NCBI RefSeq assembly: GCF_009914755.1
Contig: NC_060937.1
Strand: one strand, 5' to 3'
Length of the DNA: 64,000 nt
DNA from: the human T2T-CHM13v2.0 reference genome, Homo sapiens
Part shown: positions 54,751-64,000 of the stretch, in pieces
Position numbering within the stretch: position 1 is the first letter of the stretch
Layout: each line of letters begins with the position of its first letter
Notes under the pieces: generated by a model
Databases searched by the model: none
Told to the model about the DNA's origin: nothing
The model's input: only the letters and a program-made list of their open reading frames with translations
Translations under genes and position numbers: made by a program

Positions 54751-56776
54751 TGCATTTGAAGCCATAAAACCACACAAGAGAGTGGTTAAACAGAGGCCTG
54801 GTGGATTTTGCAGCCAAACTGCCTGTGTTCCAGCCATTCCTTCTCCTCTCCACCTTCCCCATCCACAGATATGCTAACCTCCTTATTTTTTTTTTAAATT
54901 AGCACAGGCCACCAGGCATAAACCCTTGGATCACTCTCATCTTTATTTTCTTTCCCTTTAAAAACATTATCTCAAACACTTCTCAGTAAGTGTTTGTTCT
55001 GAGCTCTTCGAGGGTGTTGTCTTGCCAATGAAGATGCTAACCCCATCCCAGTAATCTATCAGTTGGCTCCCCACACTGCTTCCTCCAACACTGTCCAGCA
55101 CCTGCCTTTTTCTTCTCCTTGATACCTGTGTGCATTCTTACTGCACCTTCTCTGCAGCTATTCATTCCGATAGAAAGGAAGCCCCCGGCTCTTCCCTCCT
55201 GTGCACAGCACATGTGATTATGATGTGCTGAGCCCATGATGGATACAAACCCTCTTGGTGGGGAGTATCAGCGATGCCCACTTCTGACATCATTCACTGC
55301 TGCCACTTGGCATGTTCACACTCACACACATGCACACACATCAAGAAATTTAACGATACACTCAGAAACAAATTGCAAGATCACAGATAAAATTTCCACC
55401 CAGGAGAGAACAGCCCTTTTATCCACCTCCTCAACTGCCGTCACCTCCATGTGTACTAGCCTCATACCTCAGGCCTTTTTGTTCTTTTAAATTGTCCCAT
55501 CTCCAAGACCTTGACCTTTGAAATTTGGCAGCACCCTTTTTCTGCCTCTGCTTTCCACTGGCCAAGGGTAGATGGAGACAGCATAACCATTCATCTCAGA
55601 ATAAATTAACGCTCTTTCGCTGAAGTTGTGCCTCCTGGGCCACTTGAGATTCCCTGCCTTTCTCTTTCCCTGCCATCTTCTGTAACTGCCCACCAAAGAT
55701 TTCCCACACTTCAGGCACTGGCTGGAAGGCCCCAGCACCACTTTTGCAGCAGGTAAAACAGCTCTGATTTGACTGAGACGATAAAGGCTGCAGGACTGAA
55801 GCTGCCCTGGTTTCATTTCCTGCTGTCTAGCCAGGCTGCATCCCTCACTTCCCACCTTCTGTGGGTCCTGTGAGTGTGAAATGAGTGTCTCGTTTCCTCG
55901 CTGAGGCTGGGCCTCCATGACAGCCAGCCACCCTGTCCTTCCCCCTTCTTGAGGCCAGTGGCCGCACGCTGGCCCATACCTCTACCTTGCCATCTCCCCA
56001 AGCTCTTGTCCTGTTTTTCTCCTTCCATTAAAATGAAAGAAACGTGGGAAGGGTCAGGGGAGAAGCAGGTGGTCTCCCACCCTCCCAGGGGCTTCAGAGA
56101 GTGCACCCTTAAAACTCTCTTTACAAACCTGAGGTTCCAAAAGGGTAGCTGCTCAGGATCCCACAGGCACCAAAGCATCTCTGACTTCAGAGCAGAGAGT
56201 GCAATCCCTGCCTTGCCGCCACACTGTTCTTGCAGCAGCAAGTGCTCCAAATTCTCCAGGCACTGAGTGCCTCCTTCCCCAGCTCCAACAGCGTCATGTC
56301 ACAGAAACCACCCCCTTGAAAGCCAGCAGGGACTTCCCCTTCGTGACACCTAGCCACCACAAATTGTCCACATGCCTTGATCTCTCCGTGGCAGTGGCAG
56401 TGGACGCTTTTCGCTACTCCCTCCTCTTGAAACTCTGAACCTTTCTCCCTCACTGTTGCATTATTGGAAGGATCTTTTGTCGCTTTCTTTTTCTGTGGTT
56501 TGCCTTACTCCTCTTCCTTCTTTCACCTCCAAATCACTAAAGAAACTGTTCTTGATCCAGTCCAAGCCTTCCTGTTTTCTGTCCTAGATGTATACAAATA
56601 AATCCCTTCTCCCTCTCTTATTTTTGCCATTCCATGGTTTTAGCAGTCATTTCCATGGCCATGAACTCCAACTCTGGATCCATGCCCATCACTTCTATAC
56701 CCGTTTCTAGCTGCCTTCTGCTTTCTCCTGGGCAGAGCTTTGATGTCCTTCTGCACACACAGGACCCACATTTTGA

Positions 56777-57116
<340 letters not shown>

Positions 57117-57600
57117 TTGAAGTCCGTTTTGATTCATCTATTTCCTACACGCCTCATTCCCAATCCCCAAAGATGAATTTGCTTCTAATGAATTGACCTC
57201 AGCAGTAACACCTCCGTTTTGTTCTCACCACTGCAGTGTAATTTTTGACCTTTCTGCTCTACCATGGCTGTAACCTTTAACCAATTTCCCCTCCCCTGCC
57301 AACCTTTTCAATTCTAATGTATCCTAGGTGGTGCTTCCAGAAAGAGCTTCCTCCAGCTGGGAATCTTGTCAAGATCCTGCCAGTGTTCCCCACTGTCTAC
57401 TATACTAACTATGCTGATGTGTTACACCTGGGCCTACTTAGTGATACTTAGGCAGACAAAGCCCCTATGTCACTATTCATAATGAGGACCACACTACCCT
57501 GAGGGACATGGTGGAAACTTAAAGGACCATTTTTAAAAAAATTGTCCAAATGCCTGGGGGGCATCTCTGGAATTTAATGGACAGGAGTACAGGATTTTGA

Positions 57601-57969
<369 letters not shown>

Positions 57970-58037
57970 TAGACAGTTGTAGTATAATCGAATTTTTCAA
58001 GAATGCAACAACTGTGTAAACTGAGAGAAGATTATTC

Positions 58038-58355
58038 TTTTTCTTTTTTTTTTTTTTTGAGATGGAGTCTCGCTCTGTCACCCAGGCGGGAGTGCACTGA
58101 TGCAATCTCGACTCACTGCAACCTCTGCCTCCCGAGTAGCTGGGGCTCGGGACCTCATGCCATTCTCCTGCCTCAGCCTCCCGAGTAGCTGGGACTACAG
58201 GTTCCCGCCACCACGCCCAGCTAATTTTTTGTATTTTTAGTAGAGATGGAGTTTCACCGTGTTAGCCAGGATGGTCTCCATCTCCTAACCTTGTGATCCA
58301 CCCGCCTCGGCCTCCCAAAGTGCTGGGATTACAGGCTTGAGCCACTGTGCCCGGC
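58038..58355 (-). mobile_element. AluY/Sc-like with internal duplication
   Basis: gttagccaggatggtctc diagnostics; 13-bp TSD AGAGAAGATTATT (58024-58036 / 58356-58368). Confidence 0.92.
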
Positions 58356-59973
58356 AGAGAAGATTATTATTTAACTTGTTAGGAACTTCATCAGAAATTA
58401 TTCAGCAATTTGATAAGCCATGCCTTTTATCAAACCTGTGTCAGTCTACATTTGTACCCGTTACATTCATTACAGTGCTGCAAACAAACAGGTGACAGCT
58501 TCTGACACTTCATTCTGTCTTCTAATATGCTTGTGCCTTAGCATCAAAATTTTAAAATACATATTATTTATTGTATAAAGTAGCTTTCTGTTGATATGTA
58601 AATTACAGTATTTATAGTTATGGCAATATATTGATTTTGTTTTTAAAGTGTGTCTGTTGGTTACACTATGATTTTCATTTGGTGATAATAAAAGTTGTGT
58701 TACAAACATTTTGTCAAAAAAGGGGTTATTAGTATTTATAGGTAGGTGTACAGGCCAATGAAATGGCCATTAGGCTGGTCACTGGAGAGAGAGAAAAAGA
58801 CAAAGGTCAGCTGAAAGTGGTTCTGTCCACCCAAGGCTATGGCCGGGGAAGGAAATGGAAGTTCTAACAAAGAGTTCTCTGGGAATTCAGGGCTAGATTT
58901 CAGCTGACAGATCGATCATTGTTCTGTCTGGCTACAGCCATTGGTTCCTGGACATCCAGGAAACCGGTAAGTGCAATGCAGTTTTCAATGGTCTCTAATA
59001 CAATTGCTTTTATTTCTAATAAGAGCATCTCCTAACTGAATTATAAATATTTGGATAGAAAACACAGATGCAGTGAAAAACATAATTTGAATACAAATAC
59101 GTGTTGAATAGATTACATCTGGCTGTAGTTTCAAGAATATATTTAGAAATTTTCACTCTTTGAATTGAGGATGTGATTTCTTTCTCTACCCATTCCTGGA
59201 AATGGCAATGAAAAGAGATTGGAAATTTTTGCATGTTAAAATGAGCCCTGGATTTTATGACTTTTTCACTTGTACTTTAAGACATAAGATACATGAAAAA
59301 AAAGTTGGAAATTTCTCCTTTTGTTATTTTTATCATAAAACAAAGGTTGGCTTATCTGAGTCATTGAATGGCCTTGGGTAACCCTATGTTTTATTTCCCT
59401 TATATTAATATATCTGAAAGTATGTTCCAGAGGACAAAATACCATGTAAAATGAAGATATCATTGTCAGACACGGTTCTTTCTCTAGTTAGAAAGAATGA
59501 AAGTTTGGAGTTAGTTTTAGAAGACAGTCTATCAAGGGCGTGTCCAACTCACATGCTAGGCAGGACTTCATAGCTTGTACCTACCTTCAGAGAAAGAGCC
59601 TTTCTACTTTCTTTTACTTATACTTCGTTGACTTTGGAGAAAATAACTTTTAGTAAAAAAGTTATTTCCACCTGTCATTTTTGTGTGTGCGTGTGTGTGT
59701 ACATGCATGTGGATGTCTCAAGAACTAATGTTGATACAGATTAGGTACCACATAGAGATTATTGATAGTATACTACTAAATATATTTTGGTTGCAGTGCA
59801 TGTATTTATGGCTTAAGTGTTACTATCCCTTTGAAGAAAAACAAGGAAAATGAAGCTCAGATAGAGCAGGTGACATCACACAGCTATTCAGAGGCAGAGA
59901 GAGTAGAGTCCAGGTTAGAAAAGCTGGTCTTGTCCTTCAACCAAGCAGAACATTCAAGGCACCATTTTATTTA

Positions 59974-60294
<321 letters not shown>

Positions 60295-61966
60295 ATTAAT
60301 TAATTAAAACAAAACCAATTTAAAGGTATCTAAAAGAAAAACCATTAAAAGAAATCTCTTTTGCTACCTGCCTCAATGTTTTTCTTTGCGAAGTCAATCG
60401 AGTTCTCTATTCACTTGCATTTGCATCTCATTCACATCTGTGTTTCCCTTGGTTCACTGAGCTTCCTATGGGCAGGCCCCAGTTAGGAGCCTCTTCTCCG
60501 AGGCTGTGATTACAGGGCAGTCTTACACCCTCCTTCTGGAGATCAAGTGGCTCTCAGCCCCAGTCCTTCAGCTGGCAGCTCCTCCAGGGCCCTCTCCGCC
60601 CAGGCGTCTGCATCTGATAGGCTTAGGATGCGGCCAAGTCATCGATCAACAGAGAGAGCACATTGAGAGCTATTTTAAATTAGTCTCCAGAAATAGAGTG
60701 GGGACGCTCCAACATTGAGCCACTCACAGGAAGGAAACATTATTTTTTAAAAATATATATTTTAAGAATTTAAAAATTAAAAATAGGAAACTCAGAGATT
60801 CCGAAAATTAGAAATAGGAGAGTCAAGGAGACAAGGTTTCTTTCTTGTAATTAGATTTATATAAAAAGAATTAAAGGCATCCTATAAATTACTTAATGGA
60901 TAATGAGTTCTTGACTGTCTGACTCAGAAATAGGCTTGTTTTGCAAAGATCCTTTAATCAGCTCCCTAGGAGGCCGATGTCTGGCAGGCAGCTAAAATAT
61001 CATAGATGACCCGAAAGTAAACTGGAGGAACTGTGTGCTGCAGAATTATTTCCCTTAAGGTGGTCTGAAATTTTGATCAATCTCAGTCTCAACATTGGAC
61101 ATGACTGATGTTTTTCCCTTAAAAAATGTACAAACTATCTAGAAAGCAATGGCACGGAGGAGACACCTGGGGTCCACAGCCCCAGCTTGTCTGAGAGGCG
61201 TGGAATGGAGGGAGGTCGCCTCCTTGCAGAGTGAAAAGCCAGGCTTTCCAGACTCACCCTGCATAACTTAGCAGCTGCAAAAGAATGTGAGCGGCAAGTT
61301 CTTTTATACAGTCAAAAGTGAATGCTTTCTGAAAATCTAACACTTAGAAGAGTTCTTAAATACATTTTGAAAAATGAAGTGTCATGTAAGTAAAGACCCT
61401 AAAAATAGCTTGGGATTATTTTGTACAGTTGAACGGCACATCCTTTGGCATTTCAGGAAATACTACAGAACCTCGTTTCTTTCTTCTCGAACTTCAGTCT
61501 TGCCTTTTCTTTAAAGATGAGTCAAGCAGTGAACCTGGATATTCCTTAAATCACACGCCTTCTGGAGAGGATGGGGCACTACAAAGCAGCTCCTTCTGAT
61601 GGCTGAGCTGCTGGTCATCAGGCCACTAGTCCCTTTAAAGTGGTCCTCTCTCAGGCAAGTGTCCGTAAAACAAGGCCGCACCCACCCCCTCTAGAAGGCT
61701 ATGGGTCATTGTCTTTCCTAATTCTCACAGAAGGAAGTCTTAGCTGAAACAAATCTCTCAGGTGTTTTCTGTGAGTCTGGCTGTTTTGTTGTTTTGTTTT
61801 TATTGATCAGAAACAGCCGCTGGGGGCAGCCCGGCCAGCACTCTTACAATTGTTTCTAGGGAAATCAGTGAACTCAAAAGCCTGCAGGTAACTCCAGGTG
61901 GACATCTTTGTTCTTTTCAGCAAGCAGCAGGATGCCTGGCACACAGAAGGCAAGGAATGCTTCCAA

Positions 61967-62510
61967 CAGGGGTTTTCAAGCTTGAGCCTGCATCAGCCGC
62001 CCCCTGGATGGCTTGTTAAAACACAGATTGCTCGTCCTCGTTGTCAGGGTATCTGATCCAGGACCTTGGTGGTGGGGCCTAAGAGTGTGCTTTTCTTTTT
62101 TCTTTCCTTCCTTCCTTCCTTCCTTCCTTCCTTCCTTTCTTTCTTTTGAGACAGCGTCGCTCTTGTCATCCAGGCTAGAGTGCAGTGGCACGATCTTGGC
62201 TCACTGCAACCTCTGCCTCCTGGGTTCAAGTGATTCTCATGTCTCAGCCTCCTGAATAGCTGGGATTACAGGCGTGCGCCACCATGCACGCCCGGCTAAA
62301 TTTTTTTCTATTTTTTGTAGACATGGGGTTTCACCATGCTTTCCAGGCTGGTCTGGAACTCCTGACTTCAAATGATCCATCTGCCTCGGCCTCCCAAACG
62401 CTGGGATTACAGGTGTGAGCCACTGCGCCGGGCCGAGAGTGTGCATTCCTAACAAGATCCCAGCGGATGCTGCTGCTGCTGGCCCAGGCACAACACTTTA
62501 AAAACCGCTG
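61967..62510. mobile_element. MER5A split by an Alu insertion
   Basis: caggggttttcaagcttgagcctgcatcag...gtggggcctaagagtgtgc [Alu] gagagtgtgcattcctaacaag...cactttaaaaaccgctg. Confidence 0.85.
62091..62434 (-). mobile_element. AluS with (TTCC)n tail
   Basis: Reverse Alu; TSD agagtgtgc; tail contains (TTCC)n at ~62104-62135. Confidence 0.93.
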
Positions 62511-62719
62511 GAGTAAAGATCTGGGCATTGAGGCTCACGGTGTGCATCCCTGGGGCAGCTCCCAGCCTCAACCTACCTGGCAGCCGCAGGGTAAGCCAGT
62601 GGCATCTGCTGGAATTTTCCTACAGATAATACTGGAATTCCCCATTCAGAGCATTAGTCCTTTAGCTTAGACTTTGGTTCTTATTAAAATGCAAATATTC
62701 CTTGGAGGAGGATCAGGAG

Positions 62720-62950
62720 CTCATTCAACAAACATTTGTCCAGTATATTCTGCATACCAGGCACTGAACTGAACTCTGGGGATTCAAAAATAATAGGCAA
62801 AGTCTATCAGATACCTGAGGCAAACCCTGTAGGAGTTTACACTGTGGGGAGGCAGATGGAGAAATCAGTATTTACAGTTCTTGTGAATTAAGGAATAATG
62901 ATACCTATTTAAAAATAATGACCAGGCAGTATTAAAGATGGGCTGTAGGA
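62720..62950 (-). mobile_element. L2 3' end
   Basis: tcattcaacaaacatttgtccagtat...ccaggcactgaactgaactctgggga. Confidence 0.65.
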
Positions 62951-64000
62951 GAGGGTGTCAAAAGGGAAAGGACGAAGGAGGGGGCGCTGTTCCGGATGCA
63001 GGCCCGTGAGGAGGGCCTGCCGGAGGGTGGCTCAGCTGAACCTTCCTGGCAAGCTCATATCCTTTTCCAGGAGGTGGCTTAGAAAGGCAGGAAGTTTCTA
63101 AATGCCTGAGGAGAAAAAGGAGAGGGCCTGCCAGAGAAATAATCGGGGGCAACTACTCCCAAACATTGCCTAGGTTCTGCACTGGAAGGAGCTAATTAGG
63201 GTAGGATTGTTTGGGACATTGGAAATACAACCAAAAAAGTCAAAAGAAGTGAAAGAAATGGAAGCTAAAACACACCAGTGAGAGAGACTTACACAAAACT
63301 GGAAAATAATGTGGGCAGAGACCCTGTTCCCAGTGCAGCCTAGAAACTTCTGGGAAAGGCTAAGGGTGCCCTGCATATAATGGGGCAATGCCGTTATACA
63401 TGGAATCTTGATGGAAATTTTCCTAATTTCCAAAATTGTGGAACGTCTGGAGGTGCCCTCTCCAGACATTATTAACAGGGGCACCTCTGGGCAGATGAAC
63501 TTGAAATGCCACCCCTTCCTCCCTGCTCATCCAGGGCACTGTGAATGGAAAAGCAGCTGCATTTCCACCGTGCCCTCAGGGAAGCAGGCTCCCATTGGTG
63601 CTACCAGAGTATTCCAACCCTGCTTCCCACCCAGGGTGACTGTTGGCCCCAGAGGTGTTCCCTTCACTTTTGGGTGAACAGCAGCTGGAGGAAGAAAGCG
63701 GGCTTAAGGTTTTTGTAGTGACACTTGGAAAAACCTCTCTGAGGCTCCCTTTGGTTGCAAAATAAAGGCGGTGTGAGAAGTGAAGCCTTCTCCAGATAAG
63801 AGGTCCAGGTACTGCTATGCAGTCAGACCATTGATCTCTAGGCACCTCCCTGCTCTCAGACTCTGTGGCTGGAGCAGATCTACACCAGGTCTAATCCTGG
63901 TCATCATATGGAACTATCGTAGAGAGAGAGGAAGCCTGAAAGTAGATTTTGTTAATACAGATTGGTATAGTAACTTTTAAAAATCACAGAATACTTTTAT

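Noticed and set aside
62468-62482. (CTG)4 inside a gene encoding a CUG-repeat-binding protein
   Set aside because: Too short, and part of the ordinary MER5A-derived gatgctgatgctgctgg segment.

Overview
Human genomic DNA (it carries a near-consensus, human-specific AluYb8), repeat-rich, with no credible protein-coding exon. I recognise from memory (not by search) ~16351-16569 (+) as the non-coding first exon of MBNL2 (muscleblind-like 2, chr13q32), ending at an AAG|GTAGGA donor. On that reading the window is ~16 kb of upstream sequence, the promoter and exon 1, and ~47 kb of intron 1; the first coding exon (MALNVAPVRDTKW...) is not in the window. The rest is Alu, L1, L2, MIR, MaLR LTR (THE1B, MLT1A) and hAT-Charlie elements plus microsatellites. 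I found no novel multi-gene system. The best leads are regulatory or splicing-related: a dense uORF chain in exon 1, YGCY motifs behind the exon-1 donor, candidate cryptic/alternative exons, a recursive-splice-like site, intronic enhancer motifs, a possible retrocopy, a nested AT palindrome and a very young AluYb8. Repeat subfamily names are from recalled consensus features; boundaries of old repeats are approximate.
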